A stretch of DNA of 64,000 nt. It comes from Clostridia bacterium. GTDB lineage: Bacteria > Bacillota > Clostridia > Christensenellales > UBA1242. Both the position numbers and the translations under genes were made by a program. Below are positions 36,380 to 46,117 of this stretch, piece after piece. Under the pieces are notes generated by a model that made no database searches, was not told the origin of the DNA, and worked only from the letters and a program-made list of their open reading frames with translations. The stretch spans positions 14,875 through 78,874 of the forward strand of contig JAZSRL010000009.1 in the NCBI GenBank assembly GCA_045538455.1. Reading direction: 5' to 3'. Within the stretch, counting starts at the first letter, position 1; each line of letters begins with the position of its first letter.

Positions 36380-38317
36380 TTAAATATCCAAATCCTGTGT
36401 GAAGTTCGCAGCATTGCGTTCGATATATTCACGGCGCAATTCTGGCTTTTCACCCATTAATGTGGAGAATATTTCATCTGCGGCAAACGCGTCTTCCAAA
36501 GTAATTTGCACCAAAGTACGATTAGCTGGGTTCATGGTTGTTTCCCACAATTGTTCTGCGTTCATTTCACCCAAACCTTTATAGCGTTGAACATTAGCTT
36601 TACCACGGCCACCCTTACCGGTGATTTGTTCTAATTCGGCATCGCTGTAAGCGTATAATTCTTCGCCGCCGCGTGTGATTTTGTACAACGGTGGTTGAGC
36701 CGCATAAACATAACCGCCTTCAATTAACGGACGCATGAAACGGTACAAGAATGTTAATAACAAGATACGAATGTGGCTACCATCCACATCAGCATCGGAC
36801 ATGGTAATAATTTTGTGGTAGCGCAAACGCGTAATATCAAAGTCTTCTTGGATACCACAACCAAACGCGGTAATCATGTTTTTAATGGTTTCGCTTTCCA
36901 AGACACGCGCCAAACGAGCTTTTTCCACATTCAAGATTTTACCACGCAACGGCAAAATTGCTTGGAAACGGCGGTCACGACCTTGCTTCGCTGTACCACC
37001 CGCACTATCACCCTCGACAATAAAGATTTCACAGAATTTCGGGTCGCGTTCGGTACAGTCGGCTAATTTACCAGGCAAAGTGGTGTTTTCCAAAACGCCT
37101 TTACGGTGAACTAAGTCTTTCGCACGGCGTGCTGCTTCACGAGCGTTACGCGCGGTTTGGCATTTCAAAATCAATTCTTTCGCGGATTTTGGATTTTCTT
37201 CCAAGAATTCACCAAATTTTTCTTGTACGGCTTTTTCCACTTCACCACGCATATAAGCGTTACCAAGTTTAGTTTTGGTTTGACCTTCGAATTGTGGATT
37301 TTCCAATTTAACCGAAATAATCGCTACCACACCTTCCAAGACATCTTCAATCGATAACTTATCTTTGTCTTTTAAGATGTTAGCTTTTTGGCCGTAATCG
37401 TTAATCGCTTTTGCTAACGCATTACGGAAACCGATTAAGTGCACACCACCTTCTTCGGTGTTAATATTGTTCGCGTAAGTGTGGATATTTTCGCTGTAAC
37501 CATCGTTCCATTGGAAAGCGACATCAACTTCGTTCGTTTTGTTCTTTTTGTGAACATAGATAATTTCTGGGATAATTAAATCTTTACCCTTATTCAAACT
37601 TTCAACGAATTCTTTAATGCCACCTTTATAACAGAAAGTATCTTTGTGTTCACGACCCGGACGCAAGTCGGCACATTTAATGACAAGACCTTTATTTAAG
37701 AAAGCCAATTCGCGCAAACGGACTTTCATGGTTTCGTAGTTAAATTCAATCGTATCGAAAATTTCAGCATCTGGGTAGAAAGTAACCTTGGTACCATGTT
37801 TATCAGTTTTACCAATTTCACGCAACGGAGCTTGTGGCACACCGCGGTTATAGGTTTGGTGGTGAATTTTACCATTTTGATAAACTTCGACTTCCAACCA
37901 TTCCGACAAAGCATTAACAACAGAAACACCAACCCCGTGTAAACCACCCGAGATAGAGTAACCACCTTTACCAAATTTACCACCGGCGTGCAGTTTGGTT
38001 AAAACCAATTGAACCGCAGAAATTTTTTCGGTGGGGTGAATACCGGTCGGAATACCACGCCCGTTATCCAAAACCGAAACTGAGCCATCGCGTTCAATCG
38101 TGACATTAATTTCAGTACAATAACCAGCCAAAGCTTCGTCAACACTGTTATCAACAACCTCAGTAATTAAGTGGTGCAAACCATGAGTATCGGTCGAACC
38201 AATGTACATACCGGGACGCTTACGAACAGGGTCTAACCCTTCCAAAACGGTAATGTCTTTTGCTTCATAATTTGTGCTTACGGCAGTTTTTTTCTGCCCT
38301 ACTTTTTCATTACTCAT
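36380..38317 (-). CDS. gyrB: DNA gyrase subunit B
   Basis: 645 aa with LEGLDPVRKRPGMYIG, the Toprim motif EIFIVEGDSAGG and PLRGKILNVEKA. Confidence 0.97.
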   Translation of the reverse strand: MSNEKVGQKKTAVSTNYEAKDITVLEGLDPVRKRPGMYIGSTDTHGLHHLITEVVDNSVDEALAGYCTEINVTIERDGSVSVLDNGRGIPTGIHPTEKISAVQLVLTKLHAGGKFGKGGYSISGGLHGVGVSVVNALSEWLEVEVYQNGKIHHQTYNRGVPQAPLREIGKTDKHGTKVTFYPDAEIFDTIEFNYETMKVRLRELAFLNKGLVIKCADLRPGREHKDTFCYKGGIKEFVESLNKGKDLIIPEIIYVHKKNKTNEVDVAFQWNDGYSENIHTYANNINTEEGGVHLIGFRNALAKAINDYGQKANILKDKDKLSIEDVLEGVVAIISVKLENPQFEGQTKTKLGNAYMRGEVEKAVQEKFGEFLEENPKSAKELILKCQTARNAREAARRAKDLVHRKGVLENTTLPGKLADCTERDPKFCEIFIVEGDSAGGTAKQGRDRRFQAILPLRGKILNVEKARLARVLESETIKNMITAFGCGIQEDFDITRLRYHKIITMSDADVDGSHIRILLLTFLYRFMRPLIEGGYVYAAQPPLYKITRGGEELYAYSDAELEQITGKGGRGKANVQRYKGLGEMNAEQLWETTMNPANRTLVQITLEDAFAADEIFSTLMGEKPELRREYIERNAANFTQDLDI

Positions 38318-38388
38318 AATGAATAATTATAACATTTCCACCTTAAAATTGCAACGCATTTAGGACATCTTCTTATATATATGGGCAT

Positions 38389-38415
38389 GAAAAAACCGCT
38401 TTTCAGGGCGGTTTT
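38389..38415 (-). terminator. rho-independent terminator after jag
   Basis: The minus strand reads AAACCGCCCTGAAAAGCGGTTTTTT. A TTGCAA-17 nt-TATAAT promoter for gyrB follows it. Confidence 0.7.
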
Positions 38416-38444
38416 ACAGCTTTATTGAGCGTTTTAGAAAAAGC

Positions 38445-39260
38445 TTATCTGGCACCCGGCTTAATCACCAAATAGCGTTGCGGTTCGGTGCCTTCACTTT
38501 CGGTAATAATACCTTCAACATCTTGCAATGTTAAGTGCACAATGACGCGTTCACGCGCTGGCATAGGTTTTAAACGCACCGAGCGTCCGGTTTCCTTGAC
38601 TTGTTCTGCTTTGCGTTTGGCCAAGTCGATTAAGTATTCCTTGCGTTTTGCGCGGTAATTACCAATATCAACCGAAACACGGCGTGGTTCATCTGTGTGA
38701 GTATTAATCGCGATGGCATGAATAATTGAGTTAATAGCTGCCATTGTGTGTCCGTTTTTACCAATCAAACGGGAAACATCATCACCTTCAACCGCAATAA
38801 TAAACTCTTGGTCATCATGTGATGTTGTAACTTTTAAGTTATCGCCCATTAATTTAAAGAACTCTTCCGCGAAAGCCAAAGTCTTGGTAAATTTCGGGCA
38901 ATTTGGGTCGAACTCAGTAACTTTGCGTGGTGCTTTGGCTGGGCGCTCTTTTTTAGCTTGTCCGCCAATTTCAAATTCTTCCACTTTGCCTTTTTGTACT
39001 TGTACCACTGGTTCGGCTGGTTCGGCTGGTTGTTCTTCAACGACCTTTTCTTCCACAGGTTGTGCTTCTGTGGCGGTTTCGGTTACCACAACTTCCGCAC
39101 TGTCGGCATTTTTCACCGTTAATTTGACTTGCATTTTACGGAAAACACCGCCTTCATCGACAATTTCAAAATCGACTTCGTCCATAGCAACACCTAATTC
39201 GGCGCAGCCTTTGGTGATGGCTTCATCTACTGTTTTCGCGCTAATAATAATTTCTTTCAT
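38445..39260 (-). CDS. jag: Jag/KhpB RNA-binding protein (Jag_N, KH, R3H)
   Basis: N-terminal AKTVDEAITKGCAELGV, a KH-like LIGKNGHTMAAINSI, and a C-terminal R3H-like region. It sits in the conserved position after yidC. Confidence 0.8.
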   Translation of the reverse strand: MKEIIISAKTVDEAITKGCAELGVAMDEVDFEIVDEGGVFRKMQVKLTVKNADSAEVVVTETATEAQPVEEKVVEEQPAEPAEPVVQVQKGKVEEFEIGGQAKKERPAKAPRKVTEFDPNCPKFTKTLAFAEEFFKLMGDNLKVTTSHDDQEFIIAVEGDDVSRLIGKNGHTMAAINSIIHAIAINTHTDEPRRVSVDIGNYRAKRKEYLIDLAKRKAEQVKETGRSVRLKPMPARERVIVHLTLQDVEGIITESEGTEPQRYLVIKPGAR

Positions 39261-40408
39261 TTTTTTCCTCCTTTGAAATACTTCGCATGCGGATTAATAA
39301 TTTTCGCATCGAAATCTTGGGTAATGTCCGGCTTTTTCATCCGTTTTAAAATGGCATCAATGATAAACGAGAAACTAACAGAAATCACAGTTGAAATCAA
39401 AGATGACGCAATCATGTAAAGTGCAAACGCCGAAGTTTGCATAGTCGCGAACAAAACATAAATAATGGGCATCATCCACATCATCATTTTACCCATTTGC
39501 GCAGGATCCACCATGGGTTGCTCGTTGGTGCTTTGTTGTTTTGCGTCACGCATTGAGTATGTTATGATTGGCTCTTCCTTTTGCACTGCTTTCTTTTGTG
39601 GTGCATTGCGTTTTTGCATCAGGCTATTAACTTTCATAGATAAGAAAATTGTCACCGCAGAAAATACCGCCAAAAGAAAGAAACCATTGGGTTTTTCTGT
39701 AACTTCGATATAACTGTAAATCGTGTTATATTCAGCTTTTTGTTCGTCCGTAGTTAAACGATTAGCTTCGGATTGATTTTTGTTGTAATCATCAACCGAC
39801 ATACCCGCACTGGCCATCGGACTGTCCGGTTGCCAAATATTTTTAATCCAACCGAATGAAACTTTCGTATCTTGGTATTTTTGGTTTAATAATGTACTTA
39901 ATTCGGTTTTTTGGTCGTCGGTCAAATTGGCTGCGTCTTTATCTGCCACATATTCGCGGTAGACACCTTGCAGTTGTTCGTACTGTGCATGCATATTGTG
40001 GTGTGAAATATTATTTAACGCACCCATGACTTGAAAGAAGACAACCATGGTTACAATCACACTGACCAAAGAAATCAAGGAACCGCCTAAACCACCGACA
40101 CCATGTTTTTGGTACAAAGCTTGGCGCGCACGAGTAAATCCCAGCGGGTCATTTTTGTAAATTTTTTCTAAATCGGCAACTTCGGCAGACAATGCTTGTT
40201 GTCTAATTTGCGTACGGCGTGAAAAAAAGCGGTTAAAGAAATCCAACGGCGACAAAATTAATTTAATAAAAATAGTAAAGAAAACGATGGCAAAACCATA
40301 GGAAACCCAACCCCAATCCATAATTTGGGAGAGTAACCAGTAAACAAAACCTTTAATGCCACTACCTGAGGGGAACTGAATATTCATAATAGGTTGATTA
40401 TACCACAA
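39257..40408 (-). CDS. yidC: YidC/Oxa1-family membrane insertase
   Basis: 383 aa, multi-pass, with FAIVFFTIFIKLILSPL. It sits in the conserved rnpA-yidC-jag context. The start may be the internal Met at 40387. Confidence 0.8.
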   Translation of the reverse strand: MWYNQPIMNIQFPSGSGIKGFVYWLLSQIMDWGWVSYGFAIVFFTIFIKLILSPLDFFNRFFSRRTQIRQQALSAEVADLEKIYKNDPLGFTRARQALYQKHGVGGLGGSLISLVSVIVTMVVFFQVMGALNNISHHNMHAQYEQLQGVYREYVADKDAANLTDDQKTELSTLLNQKYQDTKVSFGWIKNIWQPDSPMASAGMSVDDYNKNQSEANRLTTDEQKAEYNTIYSYIEVTEKPNGFFLLAVFSAVTIFLSMKVNSLMQKRNAPQKKAVQKEEPIITYSMRDAKQQSTNEQPMVDPAQMGKMMMWMMPIIYVLFATMQTSAFALYMIASSLISTVISVSFSFIIDAILKRMKKPDITQDFDAKIINPHAKYFKGGKK

Positions 40409-40730
40409 GTCCAGCTTTCTTCAAAGTGTTTTCCAAATCCAATGTAATATATAAGAGATGCTGTAACGGCAATTCGGGTTTTGCAACCACAATCATATTA
40501 GTACGCAAATTGACGCGTTTTAACAACGGACGCATGGCTTCACGCAGCAAACGCACCGAACGGTGACGAATCACACTGTTCCCCACTTTTTTACTGGCAC
40601 TAAAACCCACTTTTAAATTCGTAGCAGCACAAAAATACACCAGCACATATTGTCCGCTAACGCGTTTACCGTGTTGGTGTAAATAGTTAAATGTTTTGCG
40701 CTTCTTTAAGCGATACCTTAAAGGTAACAT
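40398..40730 (-). CDS. rnpA: ribonuclease P protein component
   Basis: 110 aa, basic, starting LRYRLKKRKTFNYL, immediately downstream of rpmH. Confidence 0.85.
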   Translation of the reverse strand: MLPLRYRLKKRKTFNYLHQHGKRVSGQYVLVYFCAATNLKVGFSASKKVGNSVIRHRSVRLLREAMRPLLKRVNLRTNMIVVAKPELPLQHLLYITLDLENTLKKAGLVV

Positions 40731-40732
40731 AA

Positions 40733-40870
40733 TTATTTTGTAGTTAAACGCTTACGACCGCGTGCGCGACGACGGCGAAGAACATTGCGTCCAGCTGCGG
40801 TTTTCATGCGCTTACGAAAACCTACTGTACGACGACGCTTAACTTTACTAGGTTGCCAAGTTCTTTTCAT
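40733..40870 (-). CDS. rpmH: 50S ribosomal protein L34
   Basis: My own translation gives [45 protein letters not shown]. It is too short for the ORF track. Confidence 0.9.
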   Translation of the reverse strand: MKRTWQPSKVKRRRTVGFRKRMKTAAGRNVLRRRRARGRKRLTTK

Positions 40871-41005
40871 AAGGATTATTCTATCATAGCATAGCACCGC
40901 CGTCAACCTTAACTTTGCGAAAAATGTCGGACTTCTCCGCTGACATATATATATGAAGCAATGATTTATTTACAAAATTGTGAAAAATGTGTTACTATAC
41001 CAATC
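40871..41005. other. candidate replication-origin region (rpmH-dnaA intergenic)
   Basis: Coding-strand switch between the minus-strand block 31.4-40.9 kb and the plus-strand block 41.0-49.2 kb. The region is AT-rich, contains CATATATATATGA, and has only degenerate DnaA-box-like 9-mers (TTATTTACA, TGTGAAAAA), none perfect. Confidence 0.4.
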
Positions 41006-42370
41006 ATGGATGTGAATGAAATTTGGAAACAAGCTTTACCAATTATTGAAAACAATGTTAGTAGTATCTCTTTTGATTTATACATTCAACCATTAATGCC
41101 CGAAGCTTTTGAAGACGGAACTTTTATTTTAAGCGCACTTTCAACCCGTGACGCGAATTATGCGCGCAATGAAAGACACTTCCCCCACATTGATTACGCA
41201 ATTAAAGCTGTGGCGCCATTAGTAGAAAAAGTGGAAATTATTGACGCGGTTGAAAAAGAACGCCGTGACGCACGCAACAACCCCGCACCCGAAGTCCCAG
41301 TTGCTGAACCAATTATTTACAATAACAACATTAACCCACAACAAACTTTCACTAATTTCATCGTGGGTAAATCTAACCAAGAAGTGGCAGCCATGGCCGA
41401 ATTTGTCGCCAAACACCCGGGTAAAAAAATTAATCCGCTCTTTATTTATGGGCGTTCGGGTTTAGGTAAAACCCACTTATTAAACGCGATTGCCAACCAA
41501 ATTTTAGAAGATAGTCCCGCTACCCGTTTAGTTTTAACGACGATTGAAAAATTTACCGATGACTATGTAAGTGTGATTAAACAAAAAGGTGATTTCGGAG
41601 CTTTCCGTGAAAAGTACCGCAATGTCGATGTCTTATTAATTGATGATGTGCAAGAGTTAGCCAGCAAGCAAGCCACCCAAGAAGAATTCTTCCACACTTT
41701 TAATGACTTATTTGAACACCAAAGACAAATTGTTTTAACCAGTGACCGCCACCCCAACGAAATTGCAACCTTATCCGAACGCTTGCAGTCGCGTTTGAAG
41801 AGTGGAATTTTCCAAGATATTCGCAACCCCGACATTGAAATGCGTACCGCAATTTTGCAAAAGAAAGCCGCTTTGGAAGATAAATTCTTGTCTAACGAAG
41901 TTGCGTCTTACATTGCGGAATATTCCAACAAAGTCAACGAAAACATTCGCGATATGGAAGGTCACTTAATTAAGATTATTGTGTATGCTGAACTCAACGG
42001 ACACACGATTCCAACTATCGAAGATTGTGCCGCAGCTTTGGCGGATAATTCGGGTAACGAAGAAAATGCGCGCGTTGGTGATACTGCTGCCCGCGTGATT
42101 GCCACAGTCGCCGCTTATTTCAGTGTCACTCCGGACGAAATTACCGGTAAGCGCCGAACCGAAAAACTAGCCGATGCGCGTATGGTCACAGCTTACTTAT
42201 TAACCGAACGCTTGAAAGATGTACCGTTAACCGAAATCGGTGAAATCTTAGGCGGCCGCACGCACGCTTCGGTAATTTATTCGCGTGACAAGATTGCTAA
42301 TTTAATGAGCGTGGAAGGGAATAAATTAAAAACCGCGGTTGAAGATATTTTAAAACAACTTGAAAAGTAA
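41006..42370 (+). CDS. dnaA: chromosomal replication initiator protein DnaA
   Basis: Walker A GRSGLGKTHLL, LLIDDVQEL, and the C-terminal DNA-binding region ARMVTAYLL...GRTHASVIYS. The start is taken at MDVNEIWKQAL. Confidence 0.95.
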   Translation: MDVNEIWKQALPIIENNVSSISFDLYIQPLMPEAFEDGTFILSALSTRDANYARNERHFPHIDYAIKAVAPLVEKVEIIDAVEKERRDARNNPAPEVPVAEPIIYNNNINPQQTFTNFIVGKSNQEVAAMAEFVAKHPGKKINPLFIYGRSGLGKTHLLNAIANQILEDSPATRLVLTTIEKFTDDYVSVIKQKGDFGAFREKYRNVDVLLIDDVQELASKQATQEEFFHTFNDLFEHQRQIVLTSDRHPNEIATLSERLQSRLKSGIFQDIRNPDIEMRTAILQKKAALEDKFLSNEVASYIAEYSNKVNENIRDMEGHLIKIIVYAELNGHTIPTIEDCAAALADNSGNEENARVGDTAARVIATVAAYFSVTPDEITGKRRTEKLADARMVTAYLLTERLKDVPLTEIGEILGGRTHASVIYSRDKIANLMSVEGNKLKTAVEDILKQLEK

Positions 42371-42390
42371 TTCTTAATATATAAGAAGAA

Positions 42391-42415
42391 ATACCCATCA
42401 TCACGGGTATTTTTT
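42391..42415 (+). terminator. rho-independent terminator after dnaA
   Basis: ATACCC-(8 nt)-GGGTAT followed by TTTTT. Confidence 0.6.
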
Positions 42416-42488
42416 GTGTGCGAAATTTGTCGAATTTTGTAAAACGATTTCGGTTGGTCGAGATACCTTTTTCCGATATAATAAAGGT

Positions 42489-42920
42489 ATGAACAAAACT
42501 CAAGAAGTACACAACAGCACCAATCCAGCTTTTGTCATCGATTTTTTACAAGCGATTATGCGTACTGAAATTACAAACAAAGTGGAACGCGAAAATAATA
42601 CTTTATATGTACATTTAACAGATGGCTCTGTGGGTGTGGTCACTGCCCCCAAAGTGGCACGGGATACTTTACCACCCGAACAAAAGGAAGCCAAAATCCA
42701 AAACATTGCGACTATTCGTTACATTACGCAACATGATTATGGCTACGGCGATGAAAATCGTACCGAGTTAGACCGTTTAGAATTACATAATATGGACGAA
42801 TGCGCGACTTATGTTGATGATGCAGTAGCGACACAATTAAACGCATACTTTACCAACAATTTGATTGAATTTCATTGTAGTGGGGAAAAATTTTTACTAT
42901 CGGTCGAATTAAAGCAATAG
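42489..42920 (+). CDS. hypothetical protein between dnaA and dnaN
   Basis: 143 aa from the ATG at MNKTQEV. No recognisable motif. Confidence 0.45.
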   Translation: MNKTQEVHNSTNPAFVIDFLQAIMRTEITNKVERENNTLYVHLTDGSVGVVTAPKVARDTLPPEQKEAKIQNIATIRYITQHDYGYGDENRTELDRLELHNMDECATYVDDAVATQLNAYFTNNLIEFHCSGEKFLLSVELKQ

Positions 42921-42952
42921 ACACTACCCCAAAATTCCGTTATAATTAGAGT

Positions 42953-44059
42953 ATGAAATTTATTTGTGATGGTGAAGATTTAAAAAGTGCAGTTGCGATT
43001 GTGGCACACGGCACAAACAGTAAGACTGTAAATCAAATTTTGGAAGGCATTAAAATTGTGGCGGAAGGTAATACCGTTACTTTCTTTGCGACGGACTTAG
43101 AATTGTATATTCGCAAAACTATCCACGCTGATGTCAAACAAGATGGAACAGCTTTATTACCCGGTAAATTATTTTGTGAATACATTAGCAAAATCGGCAA
43201 AGGTCAAATTACATTTACCAGCAGCGATACTTCGGCTGTGATTGAACACGGTGAAGGCAATGATGGTAATTTCTCTTGCATGCCTGTTGAAGAATATCCT
43301 GATTTAATTAATTTGGAAGCAAAACCATTATTCTTCTTGAAAGGTGGCGACTTACGCGAAATTATTAACAAAACAACACCATTTACGGCACAAGACAACG
43401 CGCGTCCTGTTTTGCGTGGTGCTTTGTTTGATGTTGATAGCAATAACAACACAATTACGGCTGTAGCTTTGGACGGCTATCGTTTGGCACGCATTACCAA
43501 ACCATTAATTCGTCCCACTGGTTCGGCAAAATTAATCATTCCTTGCCGTGCTTTGGAAGAAATGCGCCGTATGTTGACTGATGACAAAGAAGAAATTGGC
43601 TTAATCGTCGAAAAGAAATTTGTGCAAATTGCTGTGGGTAGCACAGTTTTTGCTTCGCGTTTAATTGATGGTGATTTTGTTAACTACCGCCAAATTATTC
43701 CGACCGAATTTAACTGTAATGTGGTTGTCGAAACAGCGCCATTATTAGCTTCGGTGGGTCGTGCTGGTTTGTTGTCCGGTTCCAACAAAATTAATTTATT
43801 AACCATTACTACCGCCGACAAAAGTTTGGAACTCTACGCCAACAATGACAAAGGTCAAATTAACGAACGCGTACCAGCAAATTTAGACGGTACCAGCATT
43901 AAAATTGCTTTCAATTCGAAATATATGTTTGATGCTTTGAACACAATTGACGATGAATTTGTCAAATTGTCGTTTACTACCCCATTGGCACCTTGTGTAA
44001 TTACCAGTGCAAAACGCGGTGATTATTTATTCTTAGTCTTGCCAGTGAGGTTAGGTTAA
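42953..44059 (+). CDS. dnaN: DNA polymerase III beta sliding clamp
   Basis: 368 aa, starting MKFICDGEDLKSAV, with the three-domain length, LDGYRLA and a C-terminal LPVRL. Confidence 0.9.
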   Translation: MKFICDGEDLKSAVAIVAHGTNSKTVNQILEGIKIVAEGNTVTFFATDLELYIRKTIHADVKQDGTALLPGKLFCEYISKIGKGQITFTSSDTSAVIEHGEGNDGNFSCMPVEEYPDLINLEAKPLFFLKGGDLREIINKTTPFTAQDNARPVLRGALFDVDSNNNTITAVALDGYRLARITKPLIRPTGSAKLIIPCRALEEMRRMLTDDKEEIGLIVEKKFVQIAVGSTVFASRLIDGDFVNYRQIIPTEFNCNVVVETAPLLASVGRAGLLSGSNKINLLTITTADKSLELYANNDKGQINERVPANLDGTSIKIAFNSKYMFDALNTIDDEFVKLSFTTPLAPCVITSAKRGDYLFLVLPVRLG

Positions 44060-44775
44060 TGAATTATCAAAGTTGCGAAGCAATTAATAACAATTTCTCC
44101 GTAAATGCGGAAGGAATTGTGGCTTGTATGTTAACACAAACTTTGGTTAAAAATTCAATGCAAAGGGCGTATATCTTTACGAACTTATTTTTTCATGACA
44201 TTACCGAACGCGAAGTTGGAAAATTGCGCCAAAAGATTCGTAATATGCATGATGTTGTTGTGCGTTCCTCGGACTTCGCACCCGACGATGTCGACCGTTT
44301 ATTTCCCAATATTTCCACACGCTTTGCCAGTGAAGTTGGTAACAATTCGTTAGACCCTTTAATTAAAGAAGAATTAGCGAAAATTAAACCAACTTTAATG
44401 TTGTCTTTAAGCAAAAACGAACAAAAACAAATCGAACAAATGAAAATGTCAATTTTCAACACGGAAGTTAACAAATTCAAAAAAGCTTTGATTATTACTC
44501 AGGACAACAAAGGTAAACCATACGAATTTACTTTATCCGAAAAGTATATCACTAACCTGCCAGAGCGTTGCCGCCGCTTCATGAAACCGACCATTAAAAT
44601 GTTGGCTTATATGGACGGCTTACAATTTGAAACCTTTGAAATTACACCTAATTACAAAATTAAATATACATGGTCAAATATCCACCCACATTTTGATGAA
44701 GAAGCTTTAAAAAACGAAATTAAAGCGATTATGACCAAAAAAGAAACACCAAATCCAATCATGGACGCCGAATAA
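44059..44775 (+). CDS. hypothetical protein translationally coupled to dnaN
   Basis: 238-aa ORF whose ATG overlaps the dnaN TAA (TAATG). Confidence 0.5.
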   Translation: MNYQSCEAINNNFSVNAEGIVACMLTQTLVKNSMQRAYIFTNLFFHDITEREVGKLRQKIRNMHDVVVRSSDFAPDDVDRLFPNISTRFASEVGNNSLDPLIKEELAKIKPTLMLSLSKNEQKQIEQMKMSIFNTEVNKFKKALIITQDNKGKPYEFTLSEKYITNLPERCRRFMKPTIKMLAYMDGLQFETFEITPNYKIKYTWSNIHPHFDEEALKNEIKAIMTKKETPNPIMDAE

Positions 44776-44824
44776 GTTGTGATATACCTTGCCGAGCTTG
44801 CCTTAATTATTGTATAATAAAGTT

Positions 44825-46108
44825 ATGCTTGACATAAATTTAATTCGTAGTAACCCACAATGGGTACAAGAACAATTAGCAAAACGCGGTTGCCAAGTGG
44901 ATTTTAATCCGGTAATAGAATTAGATAACACACGCCGTAATTTAATCCAACGCAACGAAGCACGCCGTCAAAAACGCAACGAAAACAGCGCAATCATCGC
45001 GAAGTTAAAAAAAGAAGGCAAAGACGCAACCAAACAAATTGCCGAAATGAAAGCGATTGGCGACAAAATTGCGAACGGTGATGCCGAATTAGCCAAGATT
45101 AACGAAAAGATTTTTAATGCTTTGGCGGCTTTACCGAATATTCCACTACCCGAAGTTGTGGCTGGCGGTAAAGAAAAAAACCGTGTGGTGACCACTTTTG
45201 GTAAAAAACCAGCCTTGGATTTTGAATGGAAAGACCATGTAACATTGGCGACCAATCTAGGTTTAATTGATTACGAACGCGGTGCTAAATTAAGCGGAGC
45301 GAAGAGCTGGGTTTATACTGGCGCAGGCGCGATGTTAGAATGGGCGTTATTAAACTATTTCATTGATTTCCATATTGCTAACGGTTACAAATTTATATTG
45401 CCACCACATTTATTAAATTGGGACAGCGGTTATGCGGCTGGGCAATTTCCGAAATTTGTAGACGATGTTTTTATCACTAACTTTGACAAAGACCCCAAGA
45501 AAAGTAAATTCTTGTTGCCAACAGCAGAAACAGCTTTGTTAAACTTACACCGCGATGAAATCATCAATCATACACAATTACCAATTAAATATTTTAGCTA
45601 TTCACCTTGTTACCGTAAGGAAGCTGGTTCATATCGTACTGATGAACGCGGTATGATTCGTGGTTATCAATTTAACAAGATTGAGATGTTTATTTACAGT
45701 GCTGCCGAACAAAGTCCAGCTTTATTCAATGAATTATTACGCAACGCAGAAAAATTATTGGAAGGTTTAGGCTTACATTTCCAAACCACTGCTCTGGCGG
45801 CGGGTGATTGCTCGGCAAGTATGGCAAAGACTTACGATGTGGAAGTCTTTATCCCATCAATGAAAGGTTACAAAGAAGTTTCTTCAGTTTCCAATGCTAC
45901 CGATTACCAAGCACGCCGTGCCAATATTCGCACCAAAGATGCGGACGGAAAAACCGTATTATTACACACTTTAAATGGTTCGGGATTAGCTACTTCGCGT
46001 TTAATTCCGGCAATTTTAGAACAATATCAAAATGCCGATGGCAGTGTGAATATTCCCGTAGCTTTACATAAATACATGCACGGCATTACGGTGTTAAAAA
46101 AGAAATAA
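44825..46108 (+). CDS. serS: serine--tRNA ligase
   Basis: MLDINLIRSNPQ, a coiled-coil arm, and the class II motifs (FRTDERGMIRGYQFNKIE-like, TLNGSGLATSR). Confidence 0.95.
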   Translation: MLDINLIRSNPQWVQEQLAKRGCQVDFNPVIELDNTRRNLIQRNEARRQKRNENSAIIAKLKKEGKDATKQIAEMKAIGDKIANGDAELAKINEKIFNALAALPNIPLPEVVAGGKEKNRVVTTFGKKPALDFEWKDHVTLATNLGLIDYERGAKLSGAKSWVYTGAGAMLEWALLNYFIDFHIANGYKFILPPHLLNWDSGYAAGQFPKFVDDVFITNFDKDPKKSKFLLPTAETALLNLHRDEIINHTQLPIKYFSYSPCYRKEAGSYRTDERGMIRGYQFNKIEMFIYSAAEQSPALFNELLRNAEKLLEGLGLHFQTTALAAGDCSASMAKTYDVEVFIPSMKGYKEVSSVSNATDYQARRANIRTKDADGKTVLLHTLNGSGLATSRLIPAILEQYQNADGSVNIPVALHKYMHGITVLKKK

Positions 46109-46117
46109 GGAGTGAAA

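Noticed and set aside
38746-39276. 176-aa plus-strand ORF (Ser/Thr-rich)
   Set aside because: It is entirely antisense to the well-supported jag gene, and its low-complexity composition is typical of a shadow frame.
44776-46117. T-box leaders upstream of serS and glyQS (and of leuS at 33868-33889)
   Set aside because: The upstream spacers are only about 10-50 nt, far too short for a T-box riboswitch. No specifier or T-box consensus is visible.
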